Shown here one piece after another: positions 28,673-37,471 of a stretch of DNA of 64,000 bases. The stretch spans positions 23,954 to 87,953 of the forward strand of contig DASSSZ010000003.1 of assembly GCA_035708165.1 (NCBI GenBank), given 5' to 3'. Numbering within the stretch: the first letter of the stretch is position 1; every line of letters starts with the position of its first letter. A model generated the notes under the pieces. The model saw nothing but the letters and a program-made list of their open reading frames with translations, did no database searches and was not told the DNA's origin. The translations under genes and the position numbers were made by a program. The stretch comes from Minisyncoccota bacterium. GTDB lineage: Bacteria > Patescibacteriota > Minisyncoccia > Phycocordibacterales > UBA2100.

Positions 28673-29578
28673 ATGGCTATGGCGACGCTCTACACGCTCC
28701 GTTCGCGCAATGTCGCCCGCACGTGGGGGCTGATGGCCGTATTCCTCGTCCTCGTCGTCGCGATCGGCTGGGCGGCATCCTACTATTACGACAGCACGGC
28801 GATCCTCTATGTCGCGCTGGCGTTCGCGCTCGTCACGAACGTCTTCGCGTACTGGAAATCGGATACGATCGCGCTCGCGTCGGCGCGGGCGCATCCCGTC
28901 TCCTTCGAGCAGGACCCGGAGCTGCACCGGATCGTGGAGAACCTGGCGATCACGGCAGGGCTCCCGAAGCCGCGGATCTACATGATCGATGACCCGTCGC
29001 CGAACGCGTTCGCGACCGGGCGCGACGCGAAGCACGCGGCGATCGCCGTCACGCGCGGCCTGCGGGCGATGCTCGCGAAGAGCGAGCTCGAAGGCGTGAT
29101 CGCGCACGAGCTCTCGCATATCGGCAACCGCGACATCCTCGTGATGACCATGGCCGTGGTCCTGGTCGGTTTCATCGCGATCCTCGCGGATATCGCGCTC
29201 AGAGTCTCATTCCTGGGCGGGGGCGGCCGCGAGCGGCAGAACGGCAATCCCGTACTGCTCGTCTTCGCGATCCTCGCGATCATCCTCGCGCCCATCGCGG
29301 CGCAGCTCATCCAGCTCGCCATCTCGCGCCGCCGCGAATTCCTGGCGGACGCATCAGGCGCTCTGCTCACGCGCTACCCGGAAGGGCTCGAGTCCGCGCT
29401 CGCGAAGATCGGGAGCTACCAGGCGCCGATGCGGCATGCGAATGCGGCCATAGCGCACCTCTTCATCGCGAACCCGTTCGGCGCGCATCCGCGCGGGCGC
29501 TTCATCCAGCGGCTCTTCTCCACGCACCCGCCGATCGAGGAGCGGATCAAGGCGCTCCAGGGGCTCGAGCTGCACTAG
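28673..29578 (+). CDS. htpX: Zinc metalloprotease HtpX (M48)
   Basis: PNAFATGR, AHELSH, SRRREFLAD, FSTHPP. Confidence 0.95.
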   Translation: MAMATLYTLRSRNVARTWGLMAVFLVLVVAIGWAASYYYDSTAILYVALAFALVTNVFAYWKSDTIALASARAHPVSFEQDPELHRIVENLAITAGLPKPRIYMIDDPSPNAFATGRDAKHAAIAVTRGLRAMLAKSELEGVIAHELSHIGNRDILVMTMAVVLVGFIAILADIALRVSFLGGGGRERQNGNPVLLVFAILAIILAPIAAQLIQLAISRRREFLADASGALLTRYPEGLESALAKIGSYQAPMRHANAAIAHLFIANPFGAHPRGRFIQRLFSTHPPIEERIKALQGLELH

Positions 29579-29646
29579 CGCATGCGCTGCCGTGTGCGCA
29601 CTGGTGTGCCGCGAGGGGCCGCGAGGTGCGCTAGAATAGCGGTATC

Positions 29647-30132
29647 ATGCATTCCCATACGCCGTATGCCCGCGCGATCGCCGTCGTCACGATCTTCCTT
29701 GCCTGCGCGATCGGCTTCGGCTTCCTCATGACCTTTCTTGCCGCACAGGTGACTCCCGGGCTCGAGAATCGCGACGGCCTCACGCGCATCACGGTCGGCA
29801 GCACAGCTGTCTACGTGCGCGTCGCGACGACGAGCGCCGAATGGGCCCGCGGGCTCTCCGGCACGCTCCCGCTCCCGGCGGATCAGGGCATGCTCTTCGA
29901 GTTCGACCATGACGATTTCTGGCATATCTGGATGAAGGACATGACGTACCCGCTCGATATCCTCTGGCTCGCCGATGACGGCGCGATCATCCACATCGCG
30001 GCAGGCGTCGCGCCGGACACGTACCCGCAGCAGTTCACGTCTGAGCAGCCGGCGCGCATGGTTTTGGAGCTGCCGGCAGGCTTCGTTGAGAAGCACGGCG
30101 TCGCGGCGGGGCAGTTCGTGACAGTGTTCTAG
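29647..30132 (+). CDS. DUF192 family protein
   Basis: ARGLSG, GMLF, IWMKDMTYPLDI, VLELPAG. Confidence 0.92.
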   Translation: MHSHTPYARAIAVVTIFLACAIGFGFLMTFLAAQVTPGLENRDGLTRITVGSTAVYVRVATTSAEWARGLSGTLPLPADQGMLFEFDHDDFWHIWMKDMTYPLDILWLADDGAIIHIAAGVAPDTYPQQFTSEQPARMVLELPAGFVEKHGVAAGQFVTVF

Positions 30133-30264
30133 CGCCGCGGCGCGCAGAGCGCCAAATGAGCGCACCAGGCCTCATCAGGGGGAATTATCCACTCCTGCGA
30201 GCGTGATTCGCGCGCGTGCCAGGGGGGTAGACTGTACTCATTACCTATAGACATTAGCGTGCGC

Positions 30265-32649
30265 ATGGCGACAAGAACTGCAGCGAAGAAGCCTTCGCGG
30301 AAGGATGCTTCCGCCTCAACGGCGGCCAAGACGGCCGCCCGCCCGACGGCTTCCGTACCGGCTCCGTACCGGAAATTCCTTACTAAGATCCAGAAGCGCG
30401 ACGGGCGCATCGCACCGTTCGATTTCGGCAAGATCGTGACCGCGATCGAGAAGGCGATGAAGGAGACGGGCGAAGGAGGCCCGGAGGACGCGCTCCTCGT
30501 GGCGCAGAAGGTCGCGGGCGAGACTGCCCGTATCGCGAAGACCTATAAGAATTTCATGCCGACCGTCGAGGGCCTGCAGGATGAGGTGGAGCGCCAGCTC
30601 ATCCTCAGCGACTACGTGAATACCGCCAAGTCGTACATCCTCTATCGCGCCGAGCACGCCAAGATGCGCGAGGAGCTGGGCGAAGTGCCGGCGCACGTCC
30701 AGAAGCTCGCAGAAGAGAGCGCTTCGTATTTCAAGAACAACCCCCTGGGCGAGTTCGTCTACCTGCGCACCTACTCGCGCTGGATCGAGAGCGAGCAGCG
30801 CCGCGAGACCTGGGTGGAGACGGTGCAGCGCTATATGGACTTCATGCGCGAGAACCTCGGCAAGAAGCTCACTGAGGCAGAATACGCGGAGATCCAGCAG
30901 GGCATCCTCAAGCAGGAGGCGATGCCTTCCATGCGTCTCATGCAGTTCTCGGGCGACGCCGCGCGCCGCTGCAACGTGTGCGCCTACAACTGCTCGTTCA
31001 TCGCGCCGACCAAGCTCCGCGATTTCGCCGAGATCATGTACATCTCCATGTCGGGTACCGGCGTCGGCTACTCGGCGGAGAGCCGCTTCGTCGAGCAGCT
31101 GCCGCAGATCGCGCTCCAGACCGGCGAGAAGCCGCTCGAGCATACGATCGAGGACTCGACGACGGGCTGGTGCGATGCGCTCACGGCAGGCCTCGAGGCC
31201 TGGTACGCCGGTCGCGACATCGCCTTCGATTTCTCCCTGATCCGCCCGGCCGGCGCGCGCCTCAAGACCAAGGGCGGCAAGGCCTCGGGCCCGGAGCCGC
31301 TGCGCAACCTCCTGCAGTTCACGAAGGCGAAGGTGCTCGCGCGCCAGGGCAGGCGCCTGCGCACGATCGACGTGCACGATATCATCTGCAAGATCGGCGA
31401 GAACGTGGTCGCTGGCGGCGTGCGCCGCTCCGCGCTCATCTCGCTCTCCGACCTCGATGACGAAGCCATCCGTCACGCCAAGGACGGCCAGTTCTACCTC
31501 AGCGAGCCGCAGCGCTCGCTCGCCAACAACTCGGCCGTGTACGAGCAGAAACCGACCGTCGAGGAGTTCATGGACGAGTGGTTCGCGCTCGTGAAGGGCA
31601 AGACGGGCGAGCGCGGCATCTTCAACCGCGGCGGCTTGGTGAATGCATTGCCGAAGCGCCGCATCGAGTTCTTCGAGAAGAAGGGCTATGTGGTGAACGG
31701 CCGCGTCGTCGGTCCTATCGGCACCAATCCGTGCGGCGAGATCATCCTCCAGAGCAAGCAGTTCTGCAACCTCACGGAAGTGGTCGCGCGCGCAGGGGAC
31801 ACCGAGAAGGACCTGCTGCGCAAGGCGCGCCTCGCAACCATCATCGGCACCTACCAGGCCTCGCTCACGAAGTTCGAGTACCTCTCGAAGGATTGGACCG
31901 AGAACTGCAAGGAGGAGGCGCTCCTCGGCACCTCGATCACGGGCCAGTGGGACTGCCCGACCGTGCAGAAGCCGGAGATGCTCCGCAAGATGCGCGCGGA
32001 GGCGATCAAGGTGAACAAGCAGTACGCGAAGCGCTTCGGCATCAACGAGTCTACCTGCGTGACCACCACGAAGCCCTCGGGCAACCTCTCGCAGACGGTG
32101 AACTGCGCTTCGGGCATGCACCCGCGCTACGCGCCGTACTACATCCGCCGCGTGCGCATCGCATCGACCGATTCGCTCTACAAGATGTTGCGCGACCAGG
32201 GCGTACCGTTCCAGCCGGAAGTGGGGCAGACCGAGGCAAATGCGACGACATGGGTCGCCGAATTCCCGGTCAAGGCGCCGGCCGGCACGAAGGTATTCGC
32301 CAACTCGCTCTCGGCGATCGAGCAGCTCGAGTACTGGAAGAACGTGAAGCTGAACTACACGGAGCACAATCCGTCCCAGACGATCCACGTGAGCAGCAAC
32401 GAGTGGCTCCTGGTGGCGAACTGGGTCTACGAGAACTGGGATATCGTGGGCGGCCTCTCGTTCCTGCCGCGCGATGACCATGTCTACCGGCTCGCTCCGT
32501 ACGAGGCGACCGATAAGGAGACGTACGAGCGCATGTGCAAGACCTTCGAGGGCATCGACTACTCGCGCATCATCCTCTACGAGAAGCGCGACGAGACGGA
32601 CGTGAAGAAGGAGCTGGCGTGCGCCTCTGGCGTCTGCGAGATATTGTAA
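30265..32649 (+). CDS. nrdJ: Class II (adenosylcobalamin-dependent) ribonucleotide reductase with ATP cone
   Basis: KRDGR ATP cone, RTYSR, AYNC, GGVRRSALI, TNPCGE, KPSG, C-terminal CASGVC. Confidence 0.9.
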   Translation: MATRTAAKKPSRKDASASTAAKTAARPTASVPAPYRKFLTKIQKRDGRIAPFDFGKIVTAIEKAMKETGEGGPEDALLVAQKVAGETARIAKTYKNFMPTVEGLQDEVERQLILSDYVNTAKSYILYRAEHAKMREELGEVPAHVQKLAEESASYFKNNPLGEFVYLRTYSRWIESEQRRETWVETVQRYMDFMRENLGKKLTEAEYAEIQQGILKQEAMPSMRLMQFSGDAARRCNVCAYNCSFIAPTKLRDFAEIMYISMSGTGVGYSAESRFVEQLPQIALQTGEKPLEHTIEDSTTGWCDALTAGLEAWYAGRDIAFDFSLIRPAGARLKTKGGKASGPEPLRNLLQFTKAKVLARQGRRLRTIDVHDIICKIGENVVAGGVRRSALISLSDLDDEAIRHAKDGQFYLSEPQRSLANNSAVYEQKPTVEEFMDEWFALVKGKTGERGIFNRGGLVNALPKRRIEFFEKKGYVVNGRVVGPIGTNPCGEIILQSKQFCNLTEVVARAGDTEKDLLRKARLATIIGTYQASLTKFEYLSKDWTENCKEEALLGTSITGQWDCPTVQKPEMLRKMRAEAIKVNKQYAKRFGINESTCVTTTKPSGNLSQTVNCASGMHPRYAPYYIRRVRIASTDSLYKMLRDQGVPFQPEVGQTEANATTWVAEFPVKAPAGTKVFANSLSAIEQLEYWKNVKLNYTEHNPSQTIHVSSNEWLLVANWVYENWDIVGGLSFLPRDDHVYRLAPYEATDKETYERMCKTFEGIDYSRIILYEKRDETDVKKELACASGVCEIL

Positions 32650-32677
32650 GAGCCGCATCCTCGACTGATAGCTGCAG

Positions 32678-32703
32678 GCAGAACCGCCCTCGGGCGGTTT
32701 TGC
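32678..32703 (+). terminator. Intrinsic terminator after nrdJ
   Basis: GCAGAACCGCCC-TC-GGGCGGTTTTGC. Confidence 0.6.
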
Positions 32704-32734
32704 CATTGCGGCGAAAGGATTGTATGATGCGAAT

Positions 32735-33068
32735 GCGCTGCGCTGGGCGATCGCGCTGCAGCTTCCGCTGCGGTGAGGAAAGTCCGGACACGCGCGTCGA
32801 AAGACGCAGCAGGGTAGCGGGTAACGCCCGTCCGCCGCGAGGCGCGAGGTGCGAGCAGAGACGCCGGAGCAGAAATGCGAAGGATCCCTCCGGGGATAGC
32901 CGCTCTGGAAACAGAGCGGGTGAAACGGCTAAATCCTTACCTGCGTGCAAGGCCGTGCCCAGCCTGGCTGGGAGTGCCGCCCGAGGCGGCTGGCGACAGC
33001 CGTCCCAGACACATGGTCGCCCATCCTGCATCCGCAGGTGGACAGAATCCGGCTTACAGGCGCAGCGC
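32735..33068 (+). ncRNA. rnpB: RNase P RNA
   Basis: GAGGAAAGTCC near the 5' end, ACAGAATCCGGCTTA near the 3' end, P1 pairing GCGCTGCGC/GCGCAGCGC, upstream TATGAT. Confidence 0.96.
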
Positions 33069-33070
33069 GA

Positions 33071-33110
33071 AGAAATGGCTCAACCCCCGAAAGGGGGTTG
33101 AGCCATTTCT
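33071..33110 (+). terminator. Terminator after rnpB
   Basis: AGAAATGGCTCAACCCCC-GAAA-GGGGGTTGAGCCATTTCT. Confidence 0.8.
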
Positions 33111-33303
33111 CTATGCGTGCGCCTGGAATCCGGAGGCTTGCTCGCGAGCGAGTGAGCGGCAAGAGAGCGTGTTCGCTTGCCCGAGCGAGCTATCGGGCCG
33201 CTTGCGTGGCAGCGCGCGGGTGCAGGACCGGCGGGTTTGCACTGCGTCATGCGTGGTATCATGAAATCCATATAGTAGTAGCTCATTGTTCAGTCGTAGC
33301 CGT

Positions 33304-35664
33304 ATGAAACTCACCAGCACCTTCTTCGCTGCGCTCGCACAAGTCCTCCTCATCGCCCTTATCGCGCTCATTCCGATCCTCTTCGTGCCGATCCCGTGGA
33401 TCGCGCTCGCGCAAGCGAAGATGGTGCTGCTCTCGGCGGGCGTACTCCTGGTGGCAGCAAGCTGGATGATCGCGGCCTCGATCGCCGGGCGCGTCGTGCT
33501 CCCGAAGTCGCTCCTCATCGTTGTGGGCGCGCTCCTGCCGCTCGCGTATCTCGGGTCGGCGCTCTTCTCGCACGTACCGCTCGCGCTCGCGGGCTCAGGC
33601 ACCGAGACGGATACGGCCGCCGCGATGGCGCTGTGGTTCGGGCTCCTTGCCGGCTGCGCCGTACTGCTCTCCTCGGGCCGCGCGATCACGCGCGCGTACC
33701 GCGCCATCCTCGCTTCCGCTGCCGTGCTCGAGATCGCCGAACTCGGCAATTTCCTGCTCTCAGGGAAGCTCCTCTCGTTCTGGGCGCTCACCGGGCCGGC
33801 GGCAAGCCTCGTGGGCTCATGGCACGATTTCGGGATCTTCCTTGCGTTCGCGCTCCTGCTTGCCGTGGCCGCCCTCGAGACGCCGGTCGCTGCAGGGCGC
33901 TGGCGCTGGTGCGCCTGGGCAGTCGCCATCCTCGCGATCCCGCTCCTGTTCATCGTGAACGTACAGAGCGTGTGGATCGCCATCGCGATCCTCGGCGTGC
34001 TCGGCGCCGGGTACGCGTGGTACCTGGATTGGCAGCACCATCGTAATCGTGACGCGGCAGCGGAGCTCGGCGCCCTCGCGCACCGGCTCACGTTCGGCAT
34101 CTTCATCGCGATGCTCCTCTTGGCCGTCGCGGGATTCTTCGGCGGCTCGCCGCTTGCGAAGATGCTGCCTTCGAGCTGGCAGGTCTCGCAGACCGAGATC
34201 CGCCCGTCGTGGCAGGGGACCGCGCAGATCGCCTCGTCGGTGTATCGCGGCGGGGAGCTCCTCTTCGGCTCGGGTCCCAACACCTTCAACCGCCAGTGGG
34301 CGCTCTACAAGCCGTCCGGCGTGAATGAGACCGCGTTCTGGAACGTGGACTTCACGCAGGGCGTGGGATACATCCCGACCGCGTTCATCACGGTGGGCAT
34401 CGCGGGGGCAATCGTCTGGGTCGTCTTCCTGCTGCTCTATCTCGTGACGGCCCTGCGGCTGCTCTTCGTCCGCTCCGTCCATGACCGCGTCTGGCGCATG
34501 CCGCTCTTCGCGCTTGCGGCGTCATCCTGCTACCTGTGGGTCGTGCTCGCCATCTATGCGCCCGGGCAGGCGCTCATCGCCTTCGCATTCATGCTGACCG
34601 GCCTCCTCGTCGCCGGAGCGCGTGCCGCGGGCGCGCTCCCGACCCTCTCCTGGGAATTCGTCCGCTCGAGATTCGGCTTCGCCTATATCATCGTGCCGGC
34701 CATCGTGGTCATCGGCGTCGCGTCCGCATCTATCGGGCTGTCTCGCGCGCTTGCTGCGGATATGCTCGTGAACTACAGCATCAGCACGTATAACGCTTCC
34801 GGCGACATCACCGCCGCGCAGAGCGGCCTCACAGAGGCGCTCGCCATCGAGCCGGGGTACGACCGCGCGCTGCGCGGCGCGGTCGAGCTCAACCTGATCC
34901 GCTTTAATCAGCTCGCGCAGAGCGCCACCAGCAGCGATGCGGTGAAATCACAGCTCCAAGATGCGCTCGCAGCAGCCATCAAGAACGGCCTCTCGGCTGT
35001 CTCGGCGGATACGAGCAACTACCAGAACTGGCTCACGCTCGCAGGCGCCTACCAGCAGCTCGCAGGCGTCTCGGTGCAGGGCGCGTACGAGAACGCGAAG
35101 AAGGCCTACGAGAAGGCGATTGCGGCCGATCCTGCGGATCCGCAGCCGTACTTGGCGCTCGCACAGCTCGCAGCGCTCCAGAACGATGCGACTTCCACGC
35201 GCGCCTACCTCACCGAGGCGCTCAATAAGAAGAGCAACTACACGGACGCGCTTTACCTGCTCTCGCAGGTCGACGTATCCTCAGGCGACCTCGATAGCGC
35301 GTTCAAGGATGCTGTCTCCGCGGTGCAGTCGGATCAGACGCAGCCGCAGCTCTGGTTCCAGCTCGGTGCTGTCGCGTACGCGAAGCAGGACTATGCGGAC
35401 GCTGTCACGGCGCTCACCAGGGCGATCTCGCTCGACGCCAATTTCGCGAATGCGCTCTACGTCCTCGGGCTCGCGTACTACCAGGAGCAGGATGCCACGA
35501 ACGCGCTCGCCGCGTTCGAGAAGGTCGCAGCGCTCAATCCGGATAACCAGTCGGTGCGCACGATCGTCTCGCTGCTCTCCTCTGGCAAGCCGCTGCCGCT
35601 TTCCGGGAACGGTTCCGGCATGGAGCTAGCCTCTGGGACCTCGACTGCAGCGAGCGCGCGCTAG
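33304..35664 (+). CDS. Polytopic membrane protein (O-antigen ligase/GT-C-like) with C-terminal TPRs
   Basis: More than 12 TM segments, LLFGSGPNTF loop, TPR-like repeats after about residue 500. Confidence 0.75.
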   Translation: MKLTSTFFAALAQVLLIALIALIPILFVPIPWIALAQAKMVLLSAGVLLVAASWMIAASIAGRVVLPKSLLIVVGALLPLAYLGSALFSHVPLALAGSGTETDTAAAMALWFGLLAGCAVLLSSGRAITRAYRAILASAAVLEIAELGNFLLSGKLLSFWALTGPAASLVGSWHDFGIFLAFALLLAVAALETPVAAGRWRWCAWAVAILAIPLLFIVNVQSVWIAIAILGVLGAGYAWYLDWQHHRNRDAAAELGALAHRLTFGIFIAMLLLAVAGFFGGSPLAKMLPSSWQVSQTEIRPSWQGTAQIASSVYRGGELLFGSGPNTFNRQWALYKPSGVNETAFWNVDFTQGVGYIPTAFITVGIAGAIVWVVFLLLYLVTALRLLFVRSVHDRVWRMPLFALAASSCYLWVVLAIYAPGQALIAFAFMLTGLLVAGARAAGALPTLSWEFVRSRFGFAYIIVPAIVVIGVASASIGLSRALAADMLVNYSISTYNASGDITAAQSGLTEALAIEPGYDRALRGAVELNLIRFNQLAQSATSSDAVKSQLQDALAAAIKNGLSAVSADTSNYQNWLTLAGAYQQLAGVSVQGAYENAKKAYEKAIAADPADPQPYLALAQLAALQNDATSTRAYLTEALNKKSNYTDALYLLSQVDVSSGDLDSAFKDAVSAVQSDQTQPQLWFQLGAVAYAKQDYADAVTALTRAISLDANFANALYVLGLAYYQEQDATNALAAFEKVAALNPDNQSVRTIVSLLSSGKPLPLSGNGSGMELASGTSTAASAR

Positions 35665-35678
35665 CGCTGAGGCGGCCT

Positions 35679-37358
35679 ATGATGCGCTCCGTGACGCGGC
35701 TGGTGACCGGTGAGATCCGCGGCATGCATGCGGCCGCCTATCTCCTTGCCGCGTTCACGATCCTCTCCTCGCTCCTCGGTTTCCTGCGCGATAGGCTGCT
35801 CGCGCATGCCTTCGGCGCCGGCCATGCGCTCGACCTCTACAACGCCGCATTCAGCATCCCTGATTTCATCTTCGTCACGGTCGCGTCGCTCGTCTCGGCC
35901 TACGTCCTCATCCCGGAATTCATGCGCCGGGCGGAAGGGGAGCGGACCGCCTACATCGAGACGATCATGCTCTGGTTCGCCGCCCTGATCGCGGCGGTGG
36001 GCATTGGTGCCTATATCGCCGCGCCGTTCCTGCTATCGCGCTTCTTCCCTGCGCTCTGGAACGGGCCGGACAGCGGCCTTCTGCTCGTCATGACGCGCAT
36101 CATGCTCCTGCAGCCGGTCTTTCTCGGCTGCTCGAACATCCTTGCCACGATCACGCAGTCCCGGAATCGCTACGTCATCTATGCGCTCTCGCCGCTCTTC
36201 TATAATTTCGGCATCATCCTCGGAGTCGTCGCGCTGTATCCCGTCTTCGGCCTTCCGGGGCTCGCATGGGGCGTGGTCCTCGGCGCCGTGCTGCATGTCT
36301 CGGTGCCTCTGCCGTCGATCCTCGCGGACGGCTTCTTCCTGCGGATGCGCAGGATCGGCCCGGCCCGCGAGTTCTTCCGGACCATCCTGATCTCGCTGCC
36401 GCGCACGCTCGCGCTCTCCGCGAACCAGATCGTCTACCTTGCGATGCTCTCGATCGCAAGCGGGCTCGCGGTCGGTTCCATCGCCGTCTTCCGCTTCGCG
36501 TTCAACCTGCAAGCCGCTGCCGCTTCCGTCGTCGGCGTCTCCTACTCCGTGGCCGCGTTCCCGGCGCTCGCCGGGCTCTTCTCCGCCGGCAAGCACGGCG
36601 AATTCGTACGGCAGGTGCGGCAGGCGACGCAGCACGTCATCTTCTGGACATTCCCTATGACCGCGCTCGTCATCGTGCTGCGCGCGCATGTAGTGCGCGT
36701 GATCCTCGGGTCAGGCGCGTTCGATTGGACCGCGACGCGCCTCACGGCCGCGGCGTTCGCGCTTTTCGCGCTTGCGCTCGCCGCGAATGCCTTGATGCCG
36801 CTCTTCGCCCGCGCGTACTATGCGGCCGGCCGGTCCTGGATGCCGTTTGCGGTGAATGCCGTCGCAGCGATCGGCAGCGTGGCTGCCGCGGTCTGGCTCT
36901 CGCATGCGCTCGCCTCCGGCGGCGCTGCGCGGGATGTGCTCGAGACCGTCCTGCGCGTCACAGGCGTGCCCGGCACCGAAGTGCTGGCGCTGCCGCTCTC
37001 GTACGCAGCAGGCTCGCTGGCGGCGACGATCGCCATGGCTGCCTTCATGGAGCGCGATTTCGGCGGATTCCTGCATGGGGTCGCACGGACGGCAGGGCAG
37101 GCGCTCGTGGCCTCCGCGGCGGGCGCTGCCGCCACGTACGGCATGCTTGACGCCTTAGGCGGCATCTCGGACCTCTCGACGCTCATCTCGGTGCTCGCGA
37201 CCGGCTTCATCGCGGGCCTCAGCGGCCTGCTCGTGACCGCGCTCGCTTACATGCTCCTGGGGAGCCAGGAGCTCGCCGAGGTATACCGCGCGCTCTCCAC
37301 GCGCGTCACGCCGCTGCGCTCCCGCGTGGTCGTCTCCGCCGAGGACGAGCTCGCCTAG
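35679..37358 (+). CDS. murJ: Lipid II flippase MurJ
   Basis: LLGFLRDRLLAHAFGAG, AFSIPDF, SPLFYNFGII, ARAYYA. Confidence 0.9.
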   Translation: MMRSVTRLVTGEIRGMHAAAYLLAAFTILSSLLGFLRDRLLAHAFGAGHALDLYNAAFSIPDFIFVTVASLVSAYVLIPEFMRRAEGERTAYIETIMLWFAALIAAVGIGAYIAAPFLLSRFFPALWNGPDSGLLLVMTRIMLLQPVFLGCSNILATITQSRNRYVIYALSPLFYNFGIILGVVALYPVFGLPGLAWGVVLGAVLHVSVPLPSILADGFFLRMRRIGPAREFFRTILISLPRTLALSANQIVYLAMLSIASGLAVGSIAVFRFAFNLQAAAASVVGVSYSVAAFPALAGLFSAGKHGEFVRQVRQATQHVIFWTFPMTALVIVLRAHVVRVILGSGAFDWTATRLTAAAFALFALALAANALMPLFARAYYAAGRSWMPFAVNAVAAIGSVAAAVWLSHALASGGAARDVLETVLRVTGVPGTEVLALPLSYAAGSLAATIAMAAFMERDFGGFLHGVARTAGQALVASAAGAAATYGMLDALGGISDLSTLISVLATGFIAGLSGLLVTALAYMLLGSQELAEVYRALSTRVTPLRSRVVVSAEDELA

Positions 37359-37377
37359 CTTGATCGGCGCGGCCGGT

Positions 37378-37413
37378 ATCCCTCTATCTGCGCGGCCGCG
37401 CAGATAGAGGGAT
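37378..37413. repeat. 36-bp perfect loopless palindrome
   Basis: ATCCCTCTATCTGCGCGG/CCGCGCAGATAGAGGGAT. Confidence 0.85.
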
Positions 37414-37471
37414 GGTTGCTGGCCGCCCGCTGGTTCATTCAGGGCGCGCACTATGCTATGCTTGCCGACGT

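Noticed and set aside
32535-33307. Several overlapping ORFs between nrdJ and the TPR gene
   Set aside because: The region is explained by the RNase P RNA and its terminator.
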